NCBI GenBank assembly: GCA_965227515.1
Contig: CBDDFZ010000001.1
Coordinates: 3,296,001 to 3,360,000, forward strand
Reading direction: 5' to 3'
DNA length: 64,000 nucleotides
DNA from: Alphaproteobacteria bacterium
Lineage (GTDB): Bacteria > Pseudomonadota > Alphaproteobacteria > CALKHQ01
The position numbers were made by a program, and so were the translations under genes. Position 1 is the first letter of the stretch. Every line of letters starts with the position of its first letter. Shown here piece after piece: positions 9,439-22,186 of this stretch. The notes under the pieces were generated by a model. That model was not told the DNA's origin. It ran no database searches and worked only from the letters and a program-made list of their open reading frames with translations.

Positions 9439-10734
9439 TCAGCCCTGCGGCTGGTAGTAGGGCACGACGTACGGACCCTCCGGGATCACCGCCACTGCGC
9501 GGTCGGGCGCGCGGTCGACGCTGGCCTGCACCGCCGCGTCCAGATCGTCGACGATCTCCACACCGGTCATCGCCCGATCCGCCGCCGGCAATCCCTCGCT
9601 GTAGAGCTGCACCTTGCGGGCGCGGCGCATCGGCTTCAGTTGCATCTCGGTCTGCCATTCGTCGATGTCGGCCTTCGACTTGGCGAGCAGCCCTTCCAGG
9701 AATGCATCCGGCCCCTGCGCGATCATCCGCTCCTGCGCACCGCGATACTCGGGCGAGCCTAGCCCCTCGGAACAGTCGGACGCGATGATCAGGTCGGCGT
9801 CGTCGGCGAAGATGTCGATGGGCGTCACCATGCCCTTGACCGTCTGGTAGTAGTTCTTGTCCAGCGGATAGCCGGCGGCCGAGGTGACGACGGTGTGGAA
9901 GCGGCGCGGCACCGGCACCCGCGCCCTGTCGGCCACGAAGTCCACCGCCGCCAGATGGCTCTCGATGATCTCGCCGAAGGTGACGCAGGACAGCCGCCGC
10001 TCCTCGTCGATTACGGTGTTGAGGCCGTAGACCTGGCCCAGCATGCCGACGATCTCGAGCTGCTCCTCGTGCAGCGGGTTGCCGGCAAGATTGCACTGGG
10101 TGGCGGCGGGATGCTCCATGAAGCGCGCGCTGTGGAAGGTGCGGATGGTGTCCTGGTGCGCCACGCCGGGGGCGATCACCTTCCGCCCGCCGGAGAAGCC
10201 GGCCATGAAGTGCGGCTCGACCAAGCCGGTCGCGATCTTGATGTCGGCTTCGACAAAGCGCCGGTCGAGCTTCACCGGCACGCCGCGCCCCTTGGTGACG
10301 CCAAGGTCGACATGGTCGTCGTCGTTGACCGCGAAGTGGTTGGCGACGCGTACCGTCTGCATCACCCATGGGTCGCCGACCAGTTCGGCCAGTTCCTCGC
10401 CCTCGTTGGGACGGTGCAGCCCGGTCGCCACCAGCACGGTGATGCCCTCGGCCGGCACGCCCGCTGCCATCAGCCGGCGGATCAACGGTTGCAGGAACAG
10501 CTTGTTCGGCACCGGCCGGGTGATATCGCAGATCAGGATGCAGGCGGAGCGCGCGCCGCCACCCGCGCCCAGCGGCGGCAGGCCCATCGGCCCGTCCAGC
10601 GCGCCCGCGATGGCGCCATCCGGATCGGGCAGGACGGGCATCGGCGCCTTGCGCACCACGGTCACGTCGCAGTCGTCGGACACCGCGACCGCGATCTTCG
10701 ACCGGCCATAAAGAAGTTCGTAGCGTTCAGGCAT
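9439..10734 (-). CDS. larA: Nickel-dependent lactate racemase family (LarA homologue; 2-hydroxyacid racemase/epimerase)
   Basis: CDITRP, ATGLHR, EPHFMAGFSGGRK, GYPLDKNYYQTVK. Confidence 0.92.
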   Translation of the reverse strand: MPERYELLYGRSKIAVAVSDDCDVTVVRKAPMPVLPDPDGAIAGALDGPMGLPPLGAGGGARSACILICDITRPVPNKLFLQPLIRRLMAAGVPAEGITVLVATGLHRPNEGEELAELVGDPWVMQTVRVANHFAVNDDDHVDLGVTKGRGVPVKLDRRFVEADIKIATGLVEPHFMAGFSGGRKVIAPGVAHQDTIRTFHSARFMEHPAATQCNLAGNPLHEEQLEIVGMLGQVYGLNTVIDEERRLSCVTFGEIIESHLAAVDFVADRARVPVPRRFHTVVTSAAGYPLDKNYYQTVKGMVTPIDIFADDADLIIASDCSEGLGSPEYRGAQERMIAQGPDAFLEGLLAKSKADIDEWQTEMQLKPMRRARKVQLYSEGLPAADRAMTGVEIVDDLDAAVQASVDRAPDRAVAVIPEGPYVVPYYQPQG

Positions 10735-10786
10735 CGCTCAACAGTTCTGTTGCGGCCAAAGGGGCGCCGTCGTTACTAGGCTCATG

Positions 10787-12100
10787 TCACCAGGCGCGGC
10801 AGCCGATCTCTTCATAGCCGAAAAGGCTCGGCAGCCACAGCACCACGTCCGGCACCAGCACCATCACCAACAGCGCGCCGAGCAGCGCCAGCAGGAACGG
10901 CCAGATCTCGGCAATGATGGTGCGCAGAGGAATGCCGGTCAAACCGTTGATCAGGAACAACAACACGCCATAGGGCGGCGTGATCAGGCCGATCATCATG
11001 TTGACGACGATGACGACGCCGAAATGCACCGGGTCGATGCACGACGCGGTGATCGACGGCATCAACAGCGGCACCAGCACCAGCAGCATGGTGGTGGCGT
11101 CAAGGAAACAGCCGAACAGCAGGAAGATCAGGTTGACCAGCAACAGGAACACCAGCGGCGGCACGTCCAGGTCCGACAGGGTCGCGGCGAGCGCGTTGGG
11201 CACCTGCTCGGCGGCGATGATGTAGTTGAACAGGAACGCGCCGGCGATGATCAGCGCGATGGCGGCGGTCGACCGGGTGGAGTCGACCAGGATGCCGAAG
11301 AGCCCACGGGCGTTCAGCGCGCGGTAGAGCACGATGGCGACCAGCAGCGCCCAGGCGGCCGCGACGGAGGCGGCCTCGGTCGGTGTCGCGGCGCCGCCAT
11401 AGATGCCGCCGAGCAGGATGACGGGCAGCAGCAGGGCCGGTATCGCCCCGATCACAATCTTGCCGCGCTCGCCGGTGGGCGGCGCCTCCTCCACCGGGAA
11501 TTTCCGCCGCCGCGCGATCAGGGCCACCATGCCCATCAGCATCCCGCCCATCAGCAGGCCAGGCAGGATACCGCCCAGGAACAGGTCGCCGACCGACGTC
11601 TTGGTCATCAGCGCATAGAGCACCATGGGGATGGACGGCGGGATGATCGGCCCGATGGTGGCGGACGCGGCGGTGACGGCGGCGGCGAAGCCGGCCGGAT
11701 AGCGGCCGTCGCGCCGCATCATGTCGATCAGCACCTTGCCGATGCCGGCGGCGTCCGCCAGCGCGCTGCCGCTCATGCCGGAAAAGATCAGGCTGGCGAC
11801 GATGTTGACGTGGGCGAGCCCACCGCGCAGCCGCCCGACCAGGAGCAGGCAGAATTGCAGCAGCCGGTCGGAAATGGTGCCGGCATTCATCACGTTGGCG
11901 GCGAAGATGAACAGCGGCACCGCCAACAGCACGAAGCTGTCGAACAGGCGATGCGCCGTCTGCTCGACAAACGCATCCATGCTGGCGCCGAACAGCACGA
12001 TGTAGGCGACGCCGGACGCCAGCATCGCGTAGGCGATGGGCATGCCGATGGCGGCCAGCACCAGGAACACGCCAAGCAGGACAAGGATGCCTTCGGACAC
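10787..12100 (-). CDS. TRAP transporter large permease DctM
   Basis: FSGMSGSALAD, IIPPSIP, TPTEAA, GLITPPYG. Confidence 0.93.
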   Translation of the reverse strand: MSEGILVLLGVFLVLAAIGMPIAYAMLASGVAYIVLFGASMDAFVEQTAHRLFDSFVLLAVPLFIFAANVMNAGTISDRLLQFCLLLVGRLRGGLAHVNIVASLIFSGMSGSALADAAGIGKVLIDMMRRDGRYPAGFAAAVTAASATIGPIIPPSIPMVLYALMTKTSVGDLFLGGILPGLLMGGMLMGMVALIARRRKFPVEEAPPTGERGKIVIGAIPALLLPVILLGGIYGGAATPTEAASVAAAWALLVAIVLYRALNARGLFGILVDSTRSTAAIALIIAGAFLFNYIIAAEQVPNALAATLSDLDVPPLVFLLLVNLIFLLFGCFLDATTMLLVLVPLLMPSITASCIDPVHFGVVIVVNMMIGLITPPYGVLLFLINGLTGIPLRTIIAEIWPFLLALLGALLVMVLVPDVVLWLPSLFGYEEIGCRAW

Positions 12101-12114
12101 GCGCGTGGATCCGA

Positions 12115-12600
12115 TCAGGCGGGGTGGCGCGCGCGCCTGATGTCGATCGCCCAGTCGCCAAGCGTGCGCAGGATCACCGCAACCAGGAAGACCGGGAACA
12201 GGCCGTAGACGATCAGATAGGTCAGCCGCATCACCGGCGTCTTCTTGCCGGCCATGAAGTCCACATAGTCCAGCGTGCCCGGCAACGCGGTGGCGAAGGC
12301 GGCGATCAGCATCGCGCCGCCGATGACGCCGAGCACCGCGCGCACGGGCGCGGGCGCGGCGTCGACGATCATGCTGAAGGTGATGTGGTCACGCCGGCGC
12401 ACCATGAAGGCCGCGCCCCAGAACGTGATCCAGACATAGAGGATCGAGCACGCCTCGATGGTCCAGCTCAGCGGCGCATTGACCACGTAGCGCATGAAGA
12501 TCTGCAGGAGGAAGACGAGGAACATCGCCGCGAACGCGATCGCGCCGACCGCCTCGCTTCCCCCTTTCAGTGCGCGCGCGATGGATTGGAGCGTTCTCAC
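12115..12600 (-). CDS. TRAP transporter small permease DctQ
   Basis: Four hydrophobic segments, QIFMRYVVNAPLSWTIE, RDHI; start approximate (GTG). Confidence 0.85.
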   Translation of the reverse strand: MRTLQSIARALKGGSEAVGAIAFAAMFLVFLLQIFMRYVVNAPLSWTIEACSILYVWITFWGAAFMVRRRDHITFSMIVDAAPAPVRAVLGVIGGAMLIAAFATALPGTLDYVDFMAGKKTPVMRLTYLIVYGLFPVFLVAVILRTLGDWAIDIRRARHPA

Positions 12601-12637
12601 GGCGTTTGGCAATCTGTGCCACCGCACACACTTCGAT

Positions 12638-12798
12638 GCCCTCGGCCTTGTGCCGAGGGCCCATGGTTGTGCAATTCCAGGACCTTGGTGAATGTCATCG
12701 CTGTATCGGCGCGCTTGGGTGGATGCTCCGTGAGCGGTTTGCCCCCAAAACGTATGGCGCGCGGCCCGAAGATGGGCCCTCGGCACAAGGCCGAGGGC
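12638..12798. repeat. REP doublet: 27-bp perfect inverted repeat, each arm itself a hairpin
   Basis: GCCCTCGGCCTTGTGCCGAGGGCCCAT at 12638-12664 and its reverse complement at 12772-12798. Confidence 0.85.
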
Positions 12799-12825
12799 GT
12801 CAAACATTCTTTGCCGCAGGTTGTG

Positions 12826-13836
12826 CTATTCGATCGCGTTGATGCGGTCGAGCAGCCCTTCCGGCCAGTCCTGGCTGTACTCGGACTCCAGATACGCCTG
12901 CTGCACAGCGGTGCGGAACGCGTCGACATCCGGCACCGTGATGGTCAGGCCCTCGGACTCGAAGAAGGCCAGCAGCCGCGCCTCGTCGCGCAGGCGGTTG
13001 ATGTTGTTGAAGTGGATCGCGGCGGCCGCGGCCTCGCTGACCCGGGCCTGCTGCTCCTCGCTCAGGCCGTCGTAGAAGTCACCGGCCATGGCGAAGAACA
13101 CGCCGTCGACCAGGTGGCCGGTCAGCACGATCTGCTCGGTCACCTCATAGAAGCCGGCGGCGAGATCGGTCGGCAGCGGGTTGTCCTGGCCGTCGATCGC
13201 GCCGGTCTGCAGCGACGTATAGACCTCGCCGAACGGCAGCGGCGTCGGGTTGGCGCCGAGCGCCGCGCCCAGGAACTGCCACGTGTCCGAGCCTGGCATG
13301 CGCAGGTTGACCCCCGCCAGGTCGGCCGGCGTCTGCACGTCGATCACCTCACGCAGGTTGAGCTGGCGGGTGCCGAGATAGGCGACGTCGATGATCTGAA
13401 TCGCCATGTCTTCCTTCACCGCGGCGAAGTATTCCTCGCCCACGTCGCTGTGGAACACGGCCTGCTGATGGTCGGGATCGCGGATCAGGTAGCCAGCGGT
13501 GAAGATGGAGTACTGCGGCAGTTCCTTGGCGATATCCTGGGCGGAGATCAGCGCCATTTCCAGATTGCCGCGTTGCATCGCCGCCGGCTCGGTGCCCTGG
13601 GCGAACAGGGTGCCGTTCAGGTGGACCTGCACGTCGAACTCGCCAGGGGCCGAACGCTCCAGCCACTCCTTGAAGATGTAGAGCATCTCGGCATGCCAGT
13701 CGCCGGGCACGGCCGGCGTGGATATGCGAATGGCCTTCGGATCCTGCGCCAAGGCCGGCGCTCCGGTCGCCGCGGCAAGGCCAACGGCAGCACAACCGGC
13801 CAGCACCAAGGTGCGGGCACTTCTCATCAATGTCAT
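12826..13836 (-). CDS. TRAP substrate-binding protein DctP
   Basis: Signal peptide, YLGTRQL, LRMP, FGEVYTSLQTGAIDGQDNP. Confidence 0.92.
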   Translation of the reverse strand: MTLMRSARTLVLAGCAAVGLAAATGAPALAQDPKAIRISTPAVPGDWHAEMLYIFKEWLERSAPGEFDVQVHLNGTLFAQGTEPAAMQRGNLEMALISAQDIAKELPQYSIFTAGYLIRDPDHQQAVFHSDVGEEYFAAVKEDMAIQIIDVAYLGTRQLNLREVIDVQTPADLAGVNLRMPGSDTWQFLGAALGANPTPLPFGEVYTSLQTGAIDGQDNPLPTDLAAGFYEVTEQIVLTGHLVDGVFFAMAGDFYDGLSEEQQARVSEAAAAAIHFNNINRLRDEARLLAFFESEGLTITVPDVDAFRTAVQQAYLESEYSQDWPEGLLDRINAIE

Positions 13837-13984
13837 GATATTCCTCCCATTATCGTTCCGCCCGTTGTCACCCGTGGGGGTCGCCCCATCGCGGAACGCT
13901 TTCTTTTGGCAAGATCGCCAGATTACAGTCTGGTCCGGTCCTGACAACCCACCGCAGGACAGCCAACAATCGGCAAGGCACCGC

Positions 13985-14911
13985 ATGACCGCGATAGACG
14001 CATCCACCCCCGCCCCGCCCGTCACGCCACTGGCCGAATGTCCGCGCTGGTGCGTGACCGCCGTGCTGACCCCGGTCCGCGACAATCGCAGCCCGGACGA
14101 CAAGCGGCTTTACGATCACTGCCGGTGGGTGCTGGACGGCGGCTGCAATGGCGTCACCGTCTTCGGCACGACGGGCGAAGGCATGTCGTTCTCGCGCGAG
14201 GAGCGCTGCGCCGCGCTGGAGCAGCTGATTGCCCGCGGCATCGATCCCGGCCAGATCGTCGTCGGCACGGGCGCTGCGTCGATGCGCGAGGCGATCCTGA
14301 TTACCGCCCACGCCGCCTGGCTGGGATGCACCTGTCTGGTGATGCCGCCGTTCTTCTTCCCCGAGCCACCGGCGGACGGCATTGCCGACTTCTACCGCCG
14401 GCTGATCGATGCCATCGGCGACCTCAACCCACGCATCCTGGCGTACCACATCCCGTCGGTATCAGGCGTCGACATGGAGGCCTCGTTGCTGGCTGACCTG
14501 GTGGCCGAGTTCCCCGGCACCATCGTCGGGGTGAAGGACAGCAGCTGCGACTGGGCACAGACGTCGCGCTTCCTGCAGGCATTGCCGGACCAGATCGTGC
14601 TGGTCGGCAACGAGCCGGACCTGCCGGCGGCGCTGGCGAACGGCGGGCGCGGCACCATCTGCGGGCTGGCGAACGTCGCGCCGGGCATGATGGCGCGCCT
14701 GGTGCTGGAGGGCGACGAAACCCAGCCGGCCGAGGTGGACCGCCTGGTCGCCGCGATCGGCGACGCACCGTTCGTCCCAACCCTGAAGGCTGCACTTGCC
14801 ACGATCCGGGATGACGAGGCCTGGCGGCACGTGGTGCCGCCGCTGGCACCGGCGTCAGCCGACGATGGTGCGGCCGTCGCACTAGTCCAGGCGCTAGCGG
14901 CATTGCCTTAG
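13985..14911 (+). CDS. Dihydrodipicolinate synthase/NAL family aldolase
   Basis: FGTTGEG, AYHIP, GVKDSS (Schiff-base Lys). Confidence 0.88.
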   Translation: MTAIDASTPAPPVTPLAECPRWCVTAVLTPVRDNRSPDDKRLYDHCRWVLDGGCNGVTVFGTTGEGMSFSREERCAALEQLIARGIDPGQIVVGTGAASMREAILITAHAAWLGCTCLVMPPFFFPEPPADGIADFYRRLIDAIGDLNPRILAYHIPSVSGVDMEASLLADLVAEFPGTIVGVKDSSCDWAQTSRFLQALPDQIVLVGNEPDLPAALANGGRGTICGLANVAPGMMARLVLEGDETQPAEVDRLVAAIGDAPFVPTLKAALATIRDDEAWRHVVPPLAPASADDGAAVALVQALAALP

Positions 14912-14971
14912 CGCGCACGCTCGTCTAAGACATCACCGTATAGATCAGATATTATTTCTTACGGTGATTTT

Positions 14972-16333
14972 ATGCGTAGTCTCAATATTGCGTGGGCGTG
15001 CGCCGCGTTGCTGAGCGTGCACGGTTGCGAGCATGTTTCCTCACTTGCTGAATCGACAATCAATCCCGTCGACAACGAACTCGGTGAAGCCGAACCGCCG
15101 CCACTGCCCGACGAGCTTTGGCTGGCGTTCCGCAGCATGTTCGCAGCGGACATGCATGCCGATTCCCTGTTGTGGGGCCGCGACCTGCGGGAGGCGAGCA
15201 CGCGCGGCCATGTCGACCTGCCCCGGCTGATCGACGGCGGCATCGACCTGCAGGTCTTCGCCATCGTCACGCGCGCACCGCTCTCCTTCTACGATAACGA
15301 CAATCTATGCCTGGAGGGGTGCATCGCCGGCGACGGCATCGACCCGGTGACCCTGCTGCAATGGGGCCAGGGCCGCAGGATCGAGAACTGGTTCGTGGAC
15401 TGGTATCGCGCACTGGACCAGGCTCGTCGCCTTCGAGAGATGACCTGCACGTTGCCGACCGAAGATGCACCGGAATACGGCGACTGCGCCGCCGCCGACG
15501 GCCGGGTCCTGGTACAGATCGAAAGTGCGGCCGACCTGAAGGCGCTGGTCGCGCATAATGCGTCCGGCACGGGGCCGCGCGCGGTCGGGGCCTTGCTGGC
15601 CATGGAGGGCGGCCACGCCCTGAACAACGACCTGACCCTGCTGCAACAGCTCTATGGTCTCGGTTTGCGCATGATCGCGCCGACCCACCGGTTCGACAAC
15701 AACCTGGGCGGCTCGTCGGAGGGTTGCCTGCAATACGGCCTGACCGCGAACGGGCGCGCCCTGCTGCGCGAGGCGATCGACTCCAATATGGTGGTCGACC
15801 TGGCGCACGCCAGTTCCGCCGTCATCGGCGATGCCCTGGCGTTGTTGCGGGACGCCGGTGTGCCGTTCGTGGTGTCCCACACCGGAATCCAGCAAACGCT
15901 CTCGTGCCCGCGAAACCTGACCGATGACCAGGTGCGGGAGATTGCGGCGGCGGGCGGTGTCATCGGCGTTGGCTTCTGGCGGCAAGCGATCGGACCCGGA
16001 GGCGTGACCGCGATCGTCGCCACCATGCTGGCGGTCCATGACATCATCGAGAGCGGCGCCGAACCGGACGGCATCGACACCAGTGGCATCGATCCGTGGG
16101 ATCATATTGCCTTCGGGTCCGACTTCGACGGCGCGGTGACGGCACCGTTCGACGCAAGCGGCTACCGCGCCCTCTATACCGAGCTTTGGAACCGGCTCAG
16201 GATGGAGCACGGCCTGAGCGATGATGAGGCCATGTCGGTGGTGCGGCGGATCTCAGGCGGCAATGTCTGCCGCGTGCTGGCGGAGGTGCTGCCGGGCGGC
16301 GGCCCCGACGCAGCGGCAGACATCTGCGCTTGA
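14972..16333 (+). CDS. Membrane dipeptidase (M19), probable lipoprotein
   Basis: DMHAD, AMEGGH, DLAH, VSHTG, GSDFDG; N-terminal signal ending VHGC. Confidence 0.85.
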   Translation: MRSLNIAWACAALLSVHGCEHVSSLAESTINPVDNELGEAEPPPLPDELWLAFRSMFAADMHADSLLWGRDLREASTRGHVDLPRLIDGGIDLQVFAIVTRAPLSFYDNDNLCLEGCIAGDGIDPVTLLQWGQGRRIENWFVDWYRALDQARRLREMTCTLPTEDAPEYGDCAAADGRVLVQIESAADLKALVAHNASGTGPRAVGALLAMEGGHALNNDLTLLQQLYGLGLRMIAPTHRFDNNLGGSSEGCLQYGLTANGRALLREAIDSNMVVDLAHASSAVIGDALALLRDAGVPFVVSHTGIQQTLSCPRNLTDDQVREIAAAGGVIGVGFWRQAIGPGGVTAIVATMLAVHDIIESGAEPDGIDTSGIDPWDHIAFGSDFDGAVTAPFDASGYRALYTELWNRLRMEHGLSDDEAMSVVRRISGGNVCRVLAEVLPGGGPDAAADICA

Positions 16334-16338
16334 GACTA

Positions 16339-16764
16339 TCAGCCGGCGATCAGGATCAAGTACTCGGTGAAGATCCAGCCGGTGTTGCACGGCCCGGTGT
16401 AGGGCTGACGTGGCATGACCGGCGAGCCAAGGCCGCACGCGGACAGGTCGTCGCCGTAGATCACGGCCTCCCAGTCGCCCTCGGTCCCGCACATGTAGAC
16501 GAGGTCGCCATTGTGCAGGGAGTCGATCTGCTGGTGCTCGCTGCCGGGGCCAAAGCGGACCGCGAGGAAGTTGTCGCCCTGCGGGTCCAGGCCGGTGATC
16601 TCACCCACCGCACCGCAGGCATCGAAGTCGGTTTCGCCACCGATCATGATGGTCGGCAAGCCGTCCTGCTGCGCCATGGCGCCGTGGCTCAGCGCCATCG
16701 TCGCGGCAACAGCGATGGCGGCGCACGACGCGCCCAGCCGGAATTTGCCGGTATCAGAAGTCAT
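16339..16764 (-). CDS. Secreted hypothetical protein, SH3-like
   Basis: Signal peptide; GDNFLAVRFGPG...GPCNTGWI resembles a bacterial SH3 domain. Confidence 0.65.
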   Translation of the reverse strand: MTSDTGKFRLGASCAAIAVAATMALSHGAMAQQDGLPTIMIGGETDFDACGAVGEITGLDPQGDNFLAVRFGPGSEHQQIDSLHNGDLVYMCGTEGDWEAVIYGDDLSACGLGSPVMPRQPYTGPCNTGWIFTEYLILIAG

Positions 16765-16915
16765 AGTGCATTCCCTGTCCGTGGTGGTCTTGGGTTCGGC
16801 GCGTCATGCGCGCGGTGGGACCGACAAGTTGGGAAGCGAATGCGCCGAGACAGCGAAATTTCCTGGGCAAAGCCGCCATCTTCGGGAACCAGAGGCGATC
16901 ACCCGCACCCCACCG

Positions 16916-17218
16916 TCAGTTGCAAGGCCCGCCGACCAGGCCGATGCCTCGAACAAGCTGGAAAACGCCAAGTGCGATGATCAGCGCGCCCGCGCCATAG
17001 CGCAGCCCCGGTTGCCATTGCCGGGCGGACAAGACACCGAAGCCGGCGATGCCGGCGACGATGCCCAGGATGATCCCGGCGAAGTCCGTGTAGGAGCATG
17101 TCGAGCCGCCCGGCCCGCTGGACGTGCTCAGGCTGCTGAAGCTGACCACGAACGGCAGCAGCCCACAGATCAGCCCAACCCAGAAGCTGGTCGGCGGCTT
17201 TCCCGATTGATACGCCAT
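16916..17218 (-). CDS. Small membrane hypothetical protein
   Basis: Three hydrophobic segments; ATG start MAYQSG. Confidence 0.6.
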   Translation of the reverse strand: MAYQSGKPPTSFWVGLICGLLPFVVSFSSLSTSSGPGGSTCSYTDFAGIILGIVAGIAGFGVLSARQWQPGLRYGAGALIIALGVFQLVRGIGLVGGPCN

Positions 17219-17270
17219 GCCCGGTATCCCCCCAATTGCGTGGCCGGCACGACGGGTGCCGACCGGCATT

Positions 17271-17702
17271 TCACTTGCCGTTGTGCGGCACCTCTGTCGG
17301 CACGATGTGTAGCCGGCCGTAGCGCACGCCCTTCATCGACGTGATCCGATCTGCCTGTTGGCGGACGGAACCGACGGTTCCGCTCAGAACGGTCGCCTCC
17401 AGGCAGTGGGCATCGTCGATATGCAGGTGCATGGTCGCGGCCGTCATGTCGTGGTGATGGTGCTGGGTTTCCAGCAGCCGCGACGACAACGTGCGTTCGC
17501 GATGGTCGTACACATAGACCACACAGCCGACACAGGGCTGTTCCGCGTCCTCATCGACTTGCGTCTCGGCCAGGATGTGCCGCATCGCATCTCGCAGCGC
17601 CGCGGACCGGTTCTCATAGCCCTTTGTGTTCGCGTAGGCATCGAACGCGGCCAGAAGGTCGTTCTCAACCGAGATCGTCACGCGCTCCATGGTGTCGCTC
17701 AA
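17271..17702 (-). CDS. nikR: Nickel-responsive regulator NikR
   Basis: RVTISV ribbon-helix-helix, GYENRSAALRD, YVYDH, QHHHH, MHLHIDDAHCLE. Confidence 0.93.
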   Translation of the reverse strand: MSDTMERVTISVENDLLAAFDAYANTKGYENRSAALRDAMRHILAETQVDEDAEQPCVGCVVYVYDHRERTLSSRLLETQHHHHDMTAATMHLHIDDAHCLEATVLSGTVGSVRQQADRITSMKGVRYGRLHIVPTEVPHNGK

Positions 17703-17778
17703 TGGTCTTGCCTAGTCCCCTTGCCCAGTCTTCTTGCTCAATCCCTTGGCCGATTGCCGTTGCCATGTGGTGGTGCGC

Positions 17779-17809
17779 GAGTATGATGAATATGCCAATC
17801 GTCATACTC
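17779..17809. promoter_or_regulatory. NikR operator
   Basis: GAGTATGATGA-N9-TCGTCATACTC palindrome (core GTATGA-N15-TCATAC; the E. coli box is GTATGA-N16-TCATAC) between divergent nikR and hupE. Confidence 0.8.
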
Positions 17810-17861
17810 ACCTATTCGTCACCATCAATGGCGACCACGCGAACCATACAGGGGAAACGGG

Positions 17862-18461
17862 ATGAAGCGATCATTCTTTGCCGCCATCGGCGCAGGCGCC
17901 GCAACCGCATGCCTGGCAACGACACCGGCCCTTGCGCACACCGGCGCGGGCGCCGCCAGCGGCCTGTCTGCCGGCCTGCTCCACCCCATCGGTGGCCTGG
18001 ATCATCTCCTCGCCATGGTCGCCGTCGGCGTACTTGCCGCGCAGCAGGGCGGCCGTGCCCTGTGGATCGTGCCCGCGGCCTTCGTCGGCATGATGATCCT
18101 GGGCGGTGTGCTGGCGATCGCGGGCGTCGGCATGCCGATGGTCGAAATCGGCATCCTCGGCTCGGTGATCGTGCTCGGGGGCGCCGTGGCACTGGGCAAG
18201 CAGATGCCGCTCGCTGTTGCCGCGGGCCTCGTTGGGCTGTTCGCGATCTTCCACGGCCATGCCCACGGCGCCGAAATGCCGGCCGGCGCAAATGTTCTTG
18301 AATACGCTGTCGGCTTCGCGCTGGTCACCATGGTGCTTCACGCGGCAGGTATCGGCCTGTGTTTCGCCGTGCGCAGCGTCGCCGGCAAGCTGGCACCTTT
18401 CACCCTACGCGCGACTGGAGTCGCGGTCACAGGGGCCGGCGTCGCCCTGGCTGTTGGTTAA
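17862..18461 (+). CDS. HupE/UreJ family nickel transporter
   Basis: ALAHTG, GLLHPIGGLDHLLAMVAVG, FAIFHGHAHGAE. Confidence 0.92.
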   Translation: MKRSFFAAIGAGAATACLATTPALAHTGAGAASGLSAGLLHPIGGLDHLLAMVAVGVLAAQQGGRALWIVPAAFVGMMILGGVLAIAGVGMPMVEIGILGSVIVLGGAVALGKQMPLAVAAGLVGLFAIFHGHAHGAEMPAGANVLEYAVGFALVTMVLHAAGIGLCFAVRSVAGKLAPFTLRATGVAVTGAGVALAVG

Positions 18462-18509
18462 GCTGTCGAGCCACCTGGGGCGCGGCGACGGACCGGATGG
18501 CGTCGCGCC

Positions 18510-18991
18510 CTAGGAGCGATGCAGGTTCAGCGTCAGGAAGATGCTGTTCGGGTCGAGCACGTAGTCGGCGAACGGCGGGCACTCCTCGAACCCGTGGCGC
18601 CGGTAGAACGCGATGGCAGGCGCGAAATAGTCCCAGGATCCGGTTTCCAGGCTGAGGCGGGCCATGCCCTGCTTGCGAGCGGCGTCGATGATATGGCGCA
18701 GCATCACACTGCCGGCGCCCGACCGGCGCGCCTCAGCCCGGGTGTGCATCGACTTCACCTCGCCATGGTCAGCCGACAGCCGCTTCAGGGCGCCGATGGC
18801 GAGCGGCTGCTCGTCAGCCCAGATCGCCCAGAAATCGACGTCGGGCGCTTTCAGACCGTCGATATCGAGCGCGTGGTCGCTGCCGGGGCCTGTCGCCGCC
18901 CGGGCCGTCTCGACATGGTGTCGGATCAGCGCGACGACACGCGCGTCGTCGAGATCGCCAGGGACGACATCCATGGCCGTACTGGTGGAGG

Positions 18992-18995
<4 letters not shown>
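18510..18995 (-). CDS. GNAT acetyltransferase
   Basis: [28 protein letters not shown]; GTG start overlaps the uvrA stop (alternative ATG 18974). Confidence 0.88.
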
Positions 18996-21892
<2,897 letters not shown>

Positions 21893-22186
21893 GCTCGGGA
21901 TGTAGCACGCACACGGGCCGGGGCAAACTGACAACTGCTGTCATTGGGCGGCTTTGGTAAGCGGCTTCGGCGGGCGGCTTGCGCGGCCTTCCCTTCGCCG
22001 TGGCATGACCACCGCCAAACAGTTTCAAGGACTTGTGAGTATTCTCACATCCGCCAAACCTGGCTCATGTTATTGTATTCGAATATTCTGATATTAGTGG
22101 GGGTGTTAGACATGATGACCTCTCTCAATGATTGTATCTTCCGCTTGGCCATTAGCGGGTCCCGAAGCGTACCCGCCGCCAAAAGC

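Noticed and set aside
21893-22110. LexA box upstream of uvrA (also looked upstream of ssb)
   Set aside because: No convincing GTTC-N7-GTTC or GAAC-N7-GAAC match found by eye
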